Counted from the first letter of the stretch, positions 1 through 14,249 are shown. The stretch is DNA of 64,000 nucleotides from Octopus sinensis (GCF_006345805.1 NC_043013.1:57908001-57972000); one strand, 5' to 3'. Notes: generated from the letters alone by a model not told the origin. Program-made: numbers and translations.

Positions 1-420
1 GGACCAGGAGGTCATGCAATTGTGGGTTTGTTTGAAGGAGGGAAGGTTTAGGCTTGGGAAGATGTGCGAGGTCGGACTAGAGTCGCAGGTAGGCTCGGAG
101 AAGGATACGTTAGAGGGGCAAATTGGAGGGTAGGTAGGTGAAGGTATCTGAACTAAAACTCCGGCAGGATTTAATCAATTCAGCTGTAATTCTTGTGAAA
201 TGTGTCTGTGCAATCAGATTTGGTCAAGAATGCCCAACTGTAAAATCCTTTCCATTACTGGGACCGGAGTGATTTACTTTGAAGTTTGTTTTTACAAAAA
301 TTGGAGTGAAAAGCCGAAACCTGACGAAGTAATGTCTTGTTTCAGGCTAAAATATGAACCACTGCGCAAAGCTTAGTTCATTGCTACTTTCGGGTATTTA
401 TTGGTTTCCTCTATAAATCT

Positions 421-519
421 GCAGCTATTATTATTATTATTAATATTATTATTATTATCATTATCATTATTATTATCATTATTATTATTATTATTATCAT
501 TATTATTATTATTAATATT

Positions 520-560
<41 letters not shown>

Positions 561-643
561 AATTATTAATATTATTATTATTATTATCATTATCGTTATT
601 ATTATCATTATCATTATTATTATTATCATTATTATTATTATTA

Positions 644-677
<34 letters not shown>

Positions 678-769
678 CATTATTATTAATTATTAATATT
701 ATTATTATATTATCATTATCATTATTATTATCATTATCATTATTATTATTATCATTATAATTATTATTA

Positions 770-800
<31 letters not shown>

Positions 801-910
801 AATTATTAATATTATTATTATTATAATTATAATTATTATATTATATTATTATTATTATTATCATTATTATTATCATTATCATTATTATTATTATATTATT
901 ATTATTATTA

Positions 911-951
<41 letters not shown>

Positions 952-1033
952 ATTATTATTATTATAATTATAATTATTAATATTATTATTATTATCATTA
1001 TCATTATTATTATCATTATCATTATTATTATTA

Positions 1034-1092
<59 letters not shown>

Positions 1093-1201
1093 ATTATTAA
1101 TATTATTATTATTATAATTATAATTATTAATATTATTATTATTATCATTATCATTATTATTATCATTATCATTATTATTATTATCATTATTATTATTATT
1201 A

Positions 1202-1232
<31 letters not shown>

Positions 1233-1461
1233 CATTATTATTATAATTATTAATATTATTATTATCATTATCATTATTATTATCATTATCATTATTATTA
1301 TTATCATTATTATTATTATTCATTATTATTATTATTATTATTATCATTATTAATATAATTATTAATATTATTATTATTATTATTATATTATTATTATTAT
1401 TATTATTATTACCATTATCATTATTATTATCATTATCATTATTATTATCATTATTTTTATT

Positions 1462-1496
<35 letters not shown>

Positions 1497-1520
1497 TATC
1501 ATTATTATTATAATTATTAA

Positions 1521-1554
<34 letters not shown>

Positions 1555-1636
1555 ATTATTAATATTATTATTATTATCATTATCATTATTATTATCATTA
1601 TCATTATTATTATTATCATTATTATTATTATTATCA

Positions 1637-1667
<31 letters not shown>

Positions 1668-1689
1668 CATTATTATTATTATCATTATC

Positions 1690-1727
<38 letters not shown>

Positions 1728-1740
1728 CATTATTATTATA
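421..1740. repeat. ~1.3-kb (ATT)n/(ATC)n trinucleotide microsatellite with recurring internal variants
   Basis: Continuous att/atc triplets with recurring 'ataattattaat' interruptions; explains the poly-I/N ORFs. Confidence 0.97.
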
Positions 1741-3069
1741 AACACTCTGAATCGACTGAATGCAACATAAGGTTTCGTAGGGGTCTTACAGAAAACTAGG
1801 CCCACCAAACTTTAGGTTGTAAGCGGCCGAATCAAAGTGTTTCAAATAATATATTCTACCCAAATTAAATATGTTGAGTGCGTCTTTCTTTTTCTTTGTA
1901 CACCCACCCACCCTACTTATACATACATGCACGCATACACACACACAAATATATTAACCGACCCTTTTCGTCTGATCTACACGTCCGCTTTCTAGATATG
2001 TGCGAGATTTCACTGTCTTGTATGCTTTGAGTGCATATGACTCTGCATGCGTGCAAATGCGTGTGGGTACATGTGGATGAGTAGGCGTGTGTATATGCGA
2101 GTATCTGTTAGTGTGTTTATGCCTGTGTGTGAGTGGAATCAATTTATTTCGAATAAGGTTTATCATCTTCACAATTGCTCTATTCACACAAAACACTTTA
2201 TGTGATTTGTCTCGTTACCAGCCAACTACTACGTTGTGAGAACACAGATTTATTTCAGAAGCTGTTTATCTTTGCCCATACGTGGGACATTACGAACCTC
2301 GAGTACATTAATGCCTTATAAAACCACTGATATCTATCACGTGATTAATATACATATTGAAAAGAAACTAAATCAAATGAAACAATTGTTCCTGAACAGA
2401 ATACTACTTGAAATAAATCAATCAATCAAAGTGTAATAATTGTAAAGTATTATTTGTTATCGAAATCAGATATATAGGAATTCTAGAGAATTTCCTATTC
2501 CCTTTGGTTTAATATTTAATTTAAGTAAAGGCCATATAATATTTGTTCATTCAGCATGGGCTCCTGCTTATGCTTGTTTAATTATTCATAAAAATGTCAT
2601 TGCCATTCGGTTTAAGTAGCAGAAATTGATATTCAAGCAGAGCATAATGAAAATGGTTATTAACAGCTGGATGGAAAAAATAAAAATATAATAATCAAAA
2701 ATTGGTTACGTTTATGAGATTTCAATCAGCAGTTATCATATAAGGTCGTTATTGATATACTTCAGACGTAATCAAGCACAAACAATATTACTATTGATCT
2801 GTTTTACTCGACTCCTTCTGAAGCTTAAAGGCTGAATGGTTAAGATGTTGAACAAAATTTAACGGCATTAAACATGCAGGAAGCACACAATTCCACATAC
2901 AAAGCTACGTTTAATACGTGGAAACACACATGCATACATACGCACGTATATATGTAAGTATGTATGCATGTATATGTATGTATACATTAGAAAATAATAC
3001 CCGTTACATTTATACAGCAGTTACGTTGTTAAGTATCCTTCCCATTCATAAACCTTAAGCATTACATTG

Positions 3070-3310
3070 AGAGTCGCGTAACTTAATGGTTAAGGTGTTG
3101 CACCCAGAGATCGTAACTTTGTGGTTTCAATTCTTGCATCGGGCGATGCGTTGTGTTCTTCATTTCGCCTGGTTCGATTCCACTCAGCTGGCCAAAATGA
3201 GTAACGCTGGCACGGAGCAGTCTGTTAGCCAGAGGATGACAGAAATATGTCCTAAAATGTTGGGAAAGTAACTCTGTGAGTCTATGACTTGGAAAGACGT
3301 TTGTGGTTTC
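3070..3310 (+). mobile_element. Degenerate tRNA-derived SINE (family C)
   Basis: tRNA-like head gagtcgcgtaacttaatggttaagg with B-box-like ggtttcaattc; a similar head segment occurs at 52788. Confidence 0.5.
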
Positions 3311-4796
3311 GAAACACTTCATCTGCATTGTAAACTGAGTGTTTATATTATGGTTTGGCGAGAAGATGTAGGATGGGATTCGGAAGAAAATTGCTGGGCT
3401 TCCGAGACTAGTGGAATAATAGAGATAATAAAACACGTATTGCAGATGTTTTTTTTATTCGAGGTCAGGCTGAAAATTATGAAGTATTCAAATCGTAACA
3501 ATAGCATTTGTTCCTTATATACTACAGATCGCTTCATTTAATGTATCGGTTTGTAAGATGATAAAATATCGAGTATGAATCATTTACTATTTCCAGTAGG
3601 TCGAATGATCAGGTAGACGCTATCTGGTTGGCTCGACCTGTAATATGTTGCTGCAGTGATTAAATATATTGAATCATTTCAGACCAAATAATAGATCCGA
3701 ATGATTATTAAAGAAATCACTAAAGACACGCAGTTGTCAGATGTTAAACGAGATTGATTAGGTCTGCGTCCTTGGGGAGAGATGCTGTCTATGGCTGCCA
3801 CTGCGAAGGAACATGTCAAGGAGAACGTGAAATATCTGAAAGCTAATACTGTATTTACCGACATCTCATAATATTGTCACATTTAAATAATTTTACAGAA
3901 CTTATAATTAAACCTATCACATACTCACCGGTACTCTTCAAGTCAATACTTTAGCGATTCACCTCTTACAAATAATCCTTTGATCAATTTCTCTACTAAA
4001 CCGCTAACTTCAGGAACTTTTGCATCATTCAGTTTCCTACAGCTAAGAGATTTACTTACTGAAGCCCATCGCTCCCTATGAATGATAAACTATTAACTTT
4101 TCTCAAATGTCCTCGAAACTGAGATGTTCCTTATATTCTGTTCTAGGTGGATCCCTGTCTTTTCAGTATCCCGATTGCGGATATTTTTAGGACATCCTCT
4201 AATCCGCTTCCAAAGTTAAGTCATATTTTTCTCGGGGAGAAGTTTTTTGTTCTCTCCCAGATCTTGTTTCCGTTGAATTGTCCTCGATGACTCTGTGACT
4301 CGCTATTTGACTTGATAGGGATTTGGTTCGACACAAACCTATTTTTATTTCTTGGAAGTAGTGCTCCATATTGACTTGGACCCAATCCTATCTCCTGTTC
4401 AGCATGGGAGATCGAATCAGGAGGTTGGGCTCCGCTGCAATGATTCTCGGAGCCATAAAAAAAACACACATTCAACCACATTGCTCCAAGGATTTTGTAA
4501 CTTCTGGTAGACTACTAACATAACACACAGTTAAAACCGGATATCAAATATACTAAAATCTCTCTAAGTTCTTCAACTTTTTCTGCTACATTCACTCTGG
4601 ACACAGAAATTTCACTGGAAACTCCACACAACCCTGTTTACAATCAACTACTATCAATTCAGGGCTTAATGGCACAGAATTACTTCACTTAATTTCTTGG
4701 AATTGGAATGTCAGATGATTTTTATTAAATGGTTTTCACATTTATCAGAAAACATGCAAGAAATGTTATTCCGTATATAAAAAATCCAAAAGAGAC

Positions 4797-4987
4797 GAGC
4801 TGGAGGGCGGGCAAAATGCTGAGCGCCATTTCGTACGTCTTTACGTTGTGAGTTTAAATGCCACCAAGGTCGATTTATCTTTTATTCCTATAGGGGTCGA
4901 TAGAATAGGTACCAGTTGAGAACTACGGTCGATGTATCGACTTACCCACCCTCCGAAATTGCAGGCCTTGTGCCAAAATTTGAAACC
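4797..4987 (+). mobile_element. Degenerate SINE family B copy
   Basis: Shares acgttgtgagtttaaat...aggtcgat...ggggtcgatagaataggtaccag...ggccttgtgccaaaatttgaaa with copies at 15424 and 59563. Confidence 0.8.
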
Positions 4988-7900
4988 GATGTTTTATTGA
5001 AATCAATATTAGAATTCATTCTAATTTTTCTTTTTGAAGTTTTACCATTAATACAAAAACCATGAATTATGTTTTAACTAATTAACTGTTTATTGTAATC
5101 CAACATCTTAACTTTGAAGTTAATTGATGCCTTACGCATTATTAAGTGTTTATTTCAAATTCTCTTCAGCAGCAGCAAATCATCTTTGGAGGAATGATTT
5201 TGGTAGTCTTGGGAGTGATGGAAACGTCATTCCACAACCTCCACCGTGGCTACCACTACTCAGACAAACAGGATTACAACTCCAAACTATTTCTGTCCTT
5301 TATTTTCATTCTTCTGCAGCAAAATGGTGTTGCTGTAAAAGTGCTAGATTTACTCCTGGGTATCCATTCTGGCTATTATCGATGCCGATAAATACCGGTT
5401 CTATACTTAGATCGATTCATCGATTTCTCTTTTGCCATCTGTCTGAAAGAAATCAACTGGGATCAGAGTATGTGTGCAATGTTCCCTATTGTGCCCATAA
5501 ATGACCACGCTCCATAAAATACGCCTCGATAATTCCAAGAGAATTTGAAGACTCATCGTATGGCATTTACCATTCTGAAAACAGTTTCTTGTTGCCAGCC
5601 ATTTCCTTTTGCGCAACATTCACGATTATTTCATCTTCGACGAGGGAATACTCTTCATTTATTCCATGTTCTTTACTAGTATGGCAATTAACTTGTAGCA
5701 GTTTTTCACATTTCAGAGTGAAATTTTAGCCCCAATATTTTGAATATTGAAATTGACGGAAAATGTGCACTTGTCCAGTCTTCCTTGAGTAAGAGATGAC
5801 ATTTACTTTCATTGAAATTCATGTCTGAAATCATCTAGAATTTGAAAATTGTAGGATTTTAGTTAAAAATCGAAAGAACTTCGTATTTTACCAATTATCA
5901 TAACCACTATCACCAGCGCTATAATCCAACACCTCTAGGACCACCATCACCGTAATAAGCAACTACACCCCTGGATTCATCACACGCATCCCCCCACACA
6001 TTCACTCAGCATATCTAAATGTGTGTATCACATATTTTCTGAAACCACTTCCATTTAGAGTGATTAGTTACGGTCAGGCGTTTTGTGTAACTTATTCTAA
6101 TCAGAAATTGTCGGTCTTATCGTTGAAGCCTAAACTCCTCAGCGGATTGTGAGATATTTCTTTGTTCAGCCTCAGAAAGAATCCCCATTTAAAGGCTTTT
6201 CTTGGCATCGTCCTTGTATGACAATAGTAGTTAAATTAAAGGCTGGATTATATTTATTATATATTTTATAATATTTATCAATTTGTTTCCTTTGCCAATT
6301 CCTCTCACGGTTCCTTTATCTTCAAAAATGTCTGTTATTTCAGTGAATGTTTGGTAATTTTTGTTTCCATGATAACAAAACCATTCTGTTGTTTTAACTG
6401 TACGTAGTTTTATATCATTCTGTATTGCATGTGGCTGTAGTTCCATCCTAGATAATTTGTGAATATTTTCCAGTTGTAGAATTCTTCCGCTTCTATTTTC
6501 TGCTCAATGCAATACTTCTCTTTCAAATTCTCAAGAGTCATTAGTTTTCTAAATGCAGTCATTATTTTTTCATTTTCCTGGCTTGTCTTCGTAATTGACT
6601 TAGCTTACAATCGAGAATATTATAACTGCAAATTAATACTGAGACAAAATATTAAAACCTAATAATCTTTTCTTTAAAATAGATTTGGTTTAAGTTTGCA
6701 GCATCCCTTCTGTTTTTTACTTTTTAGTTTTCTGAAAATATCTTAATCCTGTTGTGATATCTCCTATACCATATTACTGTAGTTAAAATATTATTGCGGT
6801 TAAAATTTGTGTGCACAAAACTGGTAGGTTATGCGTCTGTAGATTTTCGGGTTTCTTTACTCATGAGCTTTCAGACGGTTTTAATAATCAATAAGGCTTT
6901 TAAATGTGTTTATGAGATTTTTTGCTTTGAAACATGCTTTTCCTGACTGTGTGACTGTTCGATATTTCAGTTACACGGCTAAGTATTTATCATATTCTGG
7001 TAGTCTTTCTTTTTAGCATCTGGCCTAGTTCCTGTAACGATAATATAACTGAAGGCTACTCATCTTAAAGTTTTCAAGCGTAAAGCATCCAAGTTCAGCT
7101 TTTAGCAAACCATTCACTATTCGCCTATCCGTTTCCGTTTCATGATGCTTCAGCTGTTCTCCTCTCTCTTTCAGTAAGTTATCAAATAATGCGGTCGGTG
7201 GAATGTGCAGTGAGTATTCTATACATGACTAATAACAATGGCCGTGGTGGGGTCTATGAATAACTTATAGACATTTCCGATCAGGAAATGCTGCCGGCTG
7301 TCAGACGGGCCTGTCTGAGATGTACGCAGAGCTGGGAGACCTTCTGCATACATCCGTTAAAGTCCGAGTATTGTTGGCTTCAGGAATTTTGTGCCGCTAC
7401 TCTTACAGAATATAGGATACTGTTTAATACGTAGTCTATTGTAAAGCTATTTTCCTTCTAGGTTGCTATGGTAAAAGCAATTCATCCATGAAGAGCAGAT
7501 AACCTATTCTGAAATGGATTTTTCTTAAATGATACTGTTTTGTCGTAAAATTACATGTTAAAATAATCATACACACGGCGTTCAATAGTTGCTCTTCTTG
7601 ATATTAATTAGCACATCAAACCTAACTCGGTAGCGAAGCTTATAATGGAGTAGGCTGCGGTGAAAGTCCTGAAAGATAATTTCATGTAGACGACAAAGGC
7701 TAAAAGTAGCGAGATATCGTCAGCACCAGAGGATAGCACTACTCATTTTTCGGACGTTCATCACATCCTACAGCGTAACACACGACACATCCAAGTTAGA
7801 TTGGATGTTCTAATAGATATTCATTACATGGGTTGCTTATGTTGCTAAGAGCTAATCTGTTTGATAGTTTCCTCTCTTTATGTGAATATACTCTTGGTAT

Positions 7901-9391
7901 ATGTTATAAGTTTGTATTTACAGCTCTTTTCACGCAGCATCCGATGAGTCATTGCCAATTTCCATCGCTCGAAATACCCCCCTACGTTGTGTCAACGTCT
8001 CAGGAAGAGAATTACTTTTAATCACATCCTACATTTTTCCTGGACATCATCTGTTTATGATTTTACACAATGAATTTTTTGCTCCATTTGCTAACATTTT
8101 AGAAAATTTTAAAATCTATTATTTCATTTATTTCAATTTCAAATGAACAGAGAAACATTTATTCCGTTGACATATTTTTTATTCTAATTACATTTCTTCA
8201 GTTTGTCGGAGTGCCTCTGTTAATCGCACTTCCGCCGATTATTATTAATATAATCAATATTTTAAAGGGAAAAGTATAACAAGTGTTATCCTCTTGTTAG
8301 TATGGGTTAAAGAAATTAAATTTTTTCATATTTTATTTCCTAGGCTGCATGTGAGTACCATACATGTTTTTTTTTTATGTACACGGGGAAACCTTGTGTG
8401 ACATTTTTATCTTCATGTCCTTTGTGTCACACCCTGTTTTCCACAATTCCAGTTTAACACTGCATTTTATGAGTGACACAAGAGATGTGCTAATGGCAGA
8501 AGTATTGTGATTAAAAAAAAATCTTTAGAATATTCGTATAATTAGCAGCCAAATCTCTCTCGAGTGAAAGAGAAAACCACAGGAATAATATTGTCTTGGA
8601 TACAATGCGTAAGCGTTGAAATGATTATTTATAGATCTGCCGACACAGGGTTGGCCATGGGCTAAATAAATGAAGCCAATAAGAATAGTCATATTGTCAC
8701 TAGGTCCACCAGAAATAACAGCCAAAATAACTTCAATTCACTCACTGCTGTTAAAAAAAACGGATTTGGAAAATGTAATCAAATATAAAATTAGGGGGAA
8801 TGTCTGACAAGTCTGATTATAAATTTGTTTAATGATTTTTACCTGGAGTTAAGCAACAAAACCAATAATAGCAAACACATCGAAACTTATCCAACCAAAA
8901 AGTCCATGCAGAGTCGATTGACTGGCTAGAACTAGACACATTGAACCATGTTGTCTAAACATAGCCTAAAAATAATAGGGTTGCCACGGTTGGAATGAAT
9001 CCTAAGTATTTTGGCTTGCAACGGTCCTGAAGTTAAATACCAACAATATAAGCAAACGAAAACAATGATAACGATGATGGCAAAGGGAAGATGAAGCTAT
9101 TACTTGGTCACGGAGATCAGTTAGTAATATTGTTTGTATATTATCTATAAAATAGTTTGTGTTGTGTGTTAGTGCTGTCATATAGTAAAACAAATAAAAT
9201 TGATTGGAAAAGGGAAACAAAAGAACCAAATTGAATGACAGTGTGTTCCCACGTTGAGAAGAGGCTGAGAGATGGGTTTCCGTCTATCTTCACTTTTTCT
9301 TTGATGCTTTTTATTTCTGTGTGTTCTTAGTTGTTATTATGTATGTTCAGATGTGAGTTTTAGAAGTGTACTAAGTATATTGGTATTTTAC

Positions 9392-9453
<62 letters not shown>

Positions 9454-10350
9454 GTGTGTGTGTGTGTGTATGGCATTTACGTATATATTTGACATACAGA
9501 AACTGGTAGACAAGAAGGGAAGAAGGGAAGACAGTTCTATGGATAGTGTATGATGCCAGCTTGATGACAGAGAAGAATAATTAGATAAAAAATATTCACA
9601 GACACATACAGACATATACGCACACAGAAACACACACATGGCAGACCCATATATTATTTAGATAATGGGGATATTGACAGATAGACAGGCTGGAAGAGGA
9701 GATATAGAAACAAAGGATGATAGAGAGAGAGTCAATCGGATAAAGTGGGAAGGAAAGACTGAACAGTTGACGTTAGTAAACAGCAAGAGAAGGAGCGGTG
9801 CGAGGGTTAGAGATGGAAATATAGTGAGATATGAGAGAGTGGAGTAAAAACTGATACAGACCGAACCAAAGTACGAGAATGTAGAAACATATGCACATAG
9901 ACACTGATACGAACAGAAATAAAAAGTGTGATGAATCGTGATTAATGGACAAACATCTCGACTGATTTCTATGGAGGGAGTGATGTGCGTATGTTAGTGT
10001 GTATCTATGAGCAGAGGAGACAAGGGCCGAGGAGGAGAGAGAGGAAAAGAAAGAGATAGAGGGAGATATTTTAGCTTTTATTTATCAAATCCTTCATCAA
10101 GAAATGCAACTCGAAACAAGTATAATTACAAACTGATGCCTACACATACGCACACACAATCATGCATCTAGGCCTACAATAGCCTTAAAATCATGCATAC
10201 ATGCACATATACTATCATAGCCACATAGCTATACGTATATTTACGTGGATATATCCATATATATTTACATGCACATATATACATGCATATACATATCTAT
10301 ATATACATGCATATATATATATATATATTATATATATATATATATATATA

Positions 10351-10626
10351 CTTTATTTTAAGCAGCAGAAAATTCAACAAAATCTGTTACTCTGAGTTCT
10401 CGTTGCCGTTCATCAGACAGTTTTTTGCTAGAATGGAACAATATATTAATTCAATCTATACTCTTTATATGTTCCATTCTAGCAAAAACTGTCTGATGAA
10501 CGGCAACGAGAAACTCAGAGTAACAGATTTTGTTGAATTTTCTGCTGCTTAAAATAAAGCATATTACTCTAACTGGTATTGAGTACTCTTTTTTCCACCT
10601 TGTTTCACATTTATGTGTTTACTCCG

Positions 10627-10630
<4 letters not shown>
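10351..10630. mobile_element. Palindromic non-autonomous element in a (TA)n tract, probably a Penelope pLTR derivative
   Basis: ~90-bp inverted arms (10351-10439 / 10471-10559), a short unique tail, and (TA)n on both sides; contains a hammerhead core. Confidence 0.6.
10489..10526 (+). ncRNA. Minimal type-I hammerhead ribozyme-like motif
   Basis: ctgt-CTGATGA-a cg gcaa cg a-GAAAC-tcaga-GTA-acag: stem I ctgt/acag, near-palindromic stem III actcagagt. Confidence 0.55.
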
Positions 10631-10659
<29 letters not shown>

Positions 10660-10661
<2 letters not shown>

Positions 10662-11046
10662 CTCAGGAGTGGCTGTGTGGTAAGTAGCTTGCTAACCAAC
10701 CACATGGTTCCGGGTTCAGTCCCACTGCGTGGCATCTTGGCACTAAGCATCTGCTATAGCCTCGGGCCGACCAAAGCCTTGTGAGTGGATTTGGTAGTTG
10801 GAAACTGAAAGAAGCCTGTCGTATATATGTATATATATATTTATGTATGTGTGTGTATATGTTTGTGTATCTGTGTTTGTCTCTCTAGCATTGTGTTTAC
10901 GTCCCCGTCACGTAGCGGTTCGGCAAAAAAGAGACCGATAGAATAAGTACTGGGCTTACAAAGAATAAGTCCCGGCGTCGATATGCTCGACTAAAGGCCG
11001 GGCTCCAGCATGGCCGCAGTCAGATGACTGAAACAAGTAAAAGAGT
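10660..11046 (+). mobile_element. Composite tRNA-derived SINE family A copy
   Basis: A-box-like tggctgtgtgg, B-box-like ggttcagtccc, internal TA/TG microsatellite, LINE-like 3' tail; homologous to 14939 and 34472. Confidence 0.9.
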
Positions 11047-11128
11047 ATATATATATATTATACATATATATATATATTATAATAAGAGATACACACACAC
11101 ATATATATATATATATTAATGCATATAA

Positions 11129-11176
<48 letters not shown>

Positions 11177-11410
11177 ACGTTATATAATTAGGGTTCAGTA
11201 AATATGTATATATATATATATGCACACACACACACTCATATTTAAAGGATAATACGATCTGATGTTCATATCTCTCTCTCTCTCTCTCTCTCTGTATGTA
11301 TGTATGTATGTATATATATATATATATATATTTCAAAATGTGACCTCGTGTGTACCGTTGGCGATTCTTTTTCCTCTGTCTTCCCTTCTCTGGATCTTTC
11401 CTTCTCCTAT

Positions 11411-11445
11411 GTTTCCGACGAAGAGCTCCGCTCGAAACGTTAAAC
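11411..11445 (+). ncRNA. Minimal type-I hammerhead-like motif (core variant CCGACGA)
   Basis: gttt-CCGACGA-a-gagc tcc gctc-GAAAC-GTT-aaac: stems I and II pair perfectly, stem III is the ACGT palindrome. Confidence 0.5.
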
Positions 11446-11984
11446 CCTCCTTCTTTCCTGAGCGTCCAATAATACTATATTTGTTCCACGTCCTCGCGTT
11501 GTGTTTTTTTTGTGCTTTCTTGTTTGGATTAACTACATATATATAATATATATATAATATACAGATACAGAGAGAGGGAGGCGGAGAGAGAGAGACGTGC
11601 ACAAGTGCATACAAGTCGGGTCTCCATATTGTTTTCGTCAACTAAAAACAATGTTGAATGTCCCAACAGCCCATTGGTTACTGAAGATGATCCTTGGCCA
11701 GAGAAATGAAGTACGGCATCGATTTCGATGGGATCAGACTCACCGAACGATGTTTAACGCATCGCCAAGCAGCCTTCTACTTGACCGTCCTGACGTGGCC
11801 TGACGTTACTAATTGCAACCAGTTTTGCACATCCTTCAATAACGACCATCTTTTACAATTCTTGAATTGTTCGCCATTTAGAAAAGAAGGATAACAACAT
11901 TCTTTTGTGCTTGTGAACCACAGTGTAATGCAGATTTGTGTTACAAACCTATAATCCTTTCTAAGCTAGGCAAAAAGATTAAAC

Positions 11985-12190
11985 TGATGGCGAAGGGGGC
12001 GTGAGAAGGAGACTAGTCGATTTCATCTCCCCTCCTCCACCAGTGATCGATTGTTCATTATTTGTCGTCCCCGAAAGGATGAAAGGCAAAGTTGATCTCG
12101 GTGGGATTTGAACTCAGAACGTAGCGATCAGTGTAATACCATTAAGCATTTCCCATGGCGTGCTAACAATTCTGCCAATTCGCCGCACTT
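11985..12190 (-). mobile_element. SINE family B copy
   Basis: ccccgaaaggatgaaaggcaaagttgatctcgg...atttgaactcagaacg...cgtgctaacaattctgccaattcgcc is the reverse complement of the family body and head. Confidence 0.85.
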
Positions 12191-13175
12191 CTTTAGAAAC
12201 TCATCAGCAAAGTACTGTTGCCCTTGCAGCGTGTTCTCGATGTGTTTCTCTAATTTCAGGCTGATTTGGATTGACGTGTTTTATCTATTGCAGAAGAGAG
12301 AGAAAAAAGAAGCCGCTGCTGAGTCAATAGTTACCCATCTTCACCGAAAAACATGCAAATACTTCGAAGCATTCTTTTCAGGAATCGTCTTCTAAAGCCC
12401 GTCGTGAGAAATGAACAAACGCTAGAATTGTTACTTTGTCAAGAAAGCCTTTACATCTCAAAATTACTTTTTAAAAAAATTCCTATCACAAAAGTGGCTT
12501 TTCGAATAAAAAGATGAGCATGGGTTCTTAACCAAACTCTATTAAGCTGATCAAGATGGTAGTTTCGACATCGCTCATACTTTTTCTTAAACATGTAAAT
12601 AATTATTTAAAATGTTCCGCGATCAAACACAGAAAAGTTTTATCTCACGACTTCAGCAATAGTTAAAAAAATCTACGAACACAACATAACAAATACACAT
12701 ATACTGAAGCGAAAGAATAATACACGTTGTTTAAAGTAGAAGATCGCGTTGAAAACATTTCTATGCGCCATCTACTTGACACCTATGATCCATTAAGGAA
12801 ACATATTTTCCAGCTCTAAATGTACGCTGAACAAAGCCTTCTATGTCTGAAATTTGCATATGACGATGTAAAGGGAACTCTTGCACTGTCCATGATACTG
12901 AGAAAAAAAGCAACTTCCAAATTCACTGAGTTTTATATAGATTTATATCTTGTCAAAAACCCTGAAATTAAGTAGCAACCCATTACGATTAGCATACCTG
13001 ACATCAAAATAGAAACCAGCAGACCTTGCTATTATAAAACACGACAACCGGTAATGAGTGGAAAAGAAAAGAATTAGCAACACAGCCTATTTATTGGAAG
13101 TCTGTCGGGGCTCATGTTGCGGCAGAAGTTGGGTTATTTGTCGTGGACATTCTCCAGTTTATGTTTGTTTATGTT

Positions 13176-13213
13176 TTCCAGTTTCAGCTCTTGAGCTGTG
13201 GCCATGCTGGTGC
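13176..13213 (-). mobile_element. Isolated 3' tail fragment of the CR1-group LINE
   Basis: Reverse complement gcaccagcatggccacagctcaagagctgaaactgg matches the LINE ends at 39975-40012 and 47627-47665. Confidence 0.65.
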
Positions 13214-14249
13214 AGAAATACCAACACATACGTAGGTAAGTGAGTGACTTACCATATATGATAGCTATTTCATGTAATAGGAACGACGCAAGGGTTGAAT
13301 TGAGAACTTCATACAAAATATAACCATTTGCCTAACTTCAGTAAACCTGATGGGCAATGGTGGATATATAATGGGTACAGCTTTACAGCTATTCCAACAG
13401 CTCCATAAATTATAATTTAAATATAGTAGCCGAAATTAGTAGAGCCATCTCTAAAGTAACTCACAAAGCGATATCATTGACAGTGCTGGACTTCTTTGTA
13501 ATATGGTATCAAATAGCAATGTTTTGGTGGAGATGGCGGGGAGGACTTCCTCTCAACTCTCATTCACAGATACTTGGGAAGAAACAGAAAAATTCCTTTA
13601 ATATTTACTGGTGGCAACATATTTTTAATATAACCTGTAGCGCAATACATACTATATATGTGTATACATATATGCATACAGACTTACATACATACATTCA
13701 TACTATGTCTTTTAGTGTCCACGTGATACTTTACATGTATCAGTTTCTGAAAATATATATATTTTTTTGTTTTTACTCGCTGGAAATTTCATAACTTTAT
13801 GAGTCAAGAAACAATTCATAAACATTAAATAAAAGAACTTACTCTAAACAACAAATACAAAAACACCAAAATATAGCAATAACAAAAACAGTAAAACGAC
13901 ATCAACAACATGAAAAACCTGCGAGTAACATATTGAAATATCTTGTATATTTAGGCTTGAAGTCAAAAATAAAAGCAATAAATTTGAGTAGTATCTACTG
14001 ACTGGCGCAAACCTGGAGAGAAAACATTTACAGAAAATGATGAAGGCTTTTTTAGGTGGATGATTGTATAACAAAGAATTTATAGCAAAAGAAAATCCAT
14101 TATTTAATGGAAGCCGAGGCGAGTGGATTACAGAATTTGGTAATATATATACCAAAATATCTCGCAGTATTCAGTTGGCGTCTCTTGCGTTTACTAAGTT
14201 CTAATCCATCCGTGATTTAGTTCAAGTGTCATTAATCCGCTGTTGTTAG

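Noticed and set aside
320-346. CTGACGA within a cctga...tcagg inverted repeat
   Set aside because: No downstream GAAA or stem III, so not a hammerhead. A weak RKP.NT resemblance to Penelope RT on the minus strand of 1-410 is too thin to call.
411-1808. Poly-Ile/Asn ORFs, and all YI/HT/MYVC-type ORFs elsewhere in the track
   Set aside because: Stop-free translations of microsatellites.
5130-5650. Possible endonuclease or transposase relic on the minus strand (LALLQQHH...SHGGGCG)
   Set aside because: Motif similarity is too weak to assign.
6950-7460. Possible RTE/L2 RT C-terminal relic on the minus strand
   Set aside because: Multiple stops and only vague motif resemblance.
11681-11720. CTGAAGA...GAAAT...GTA
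   Set aside because: No stem I or stem II pairing.
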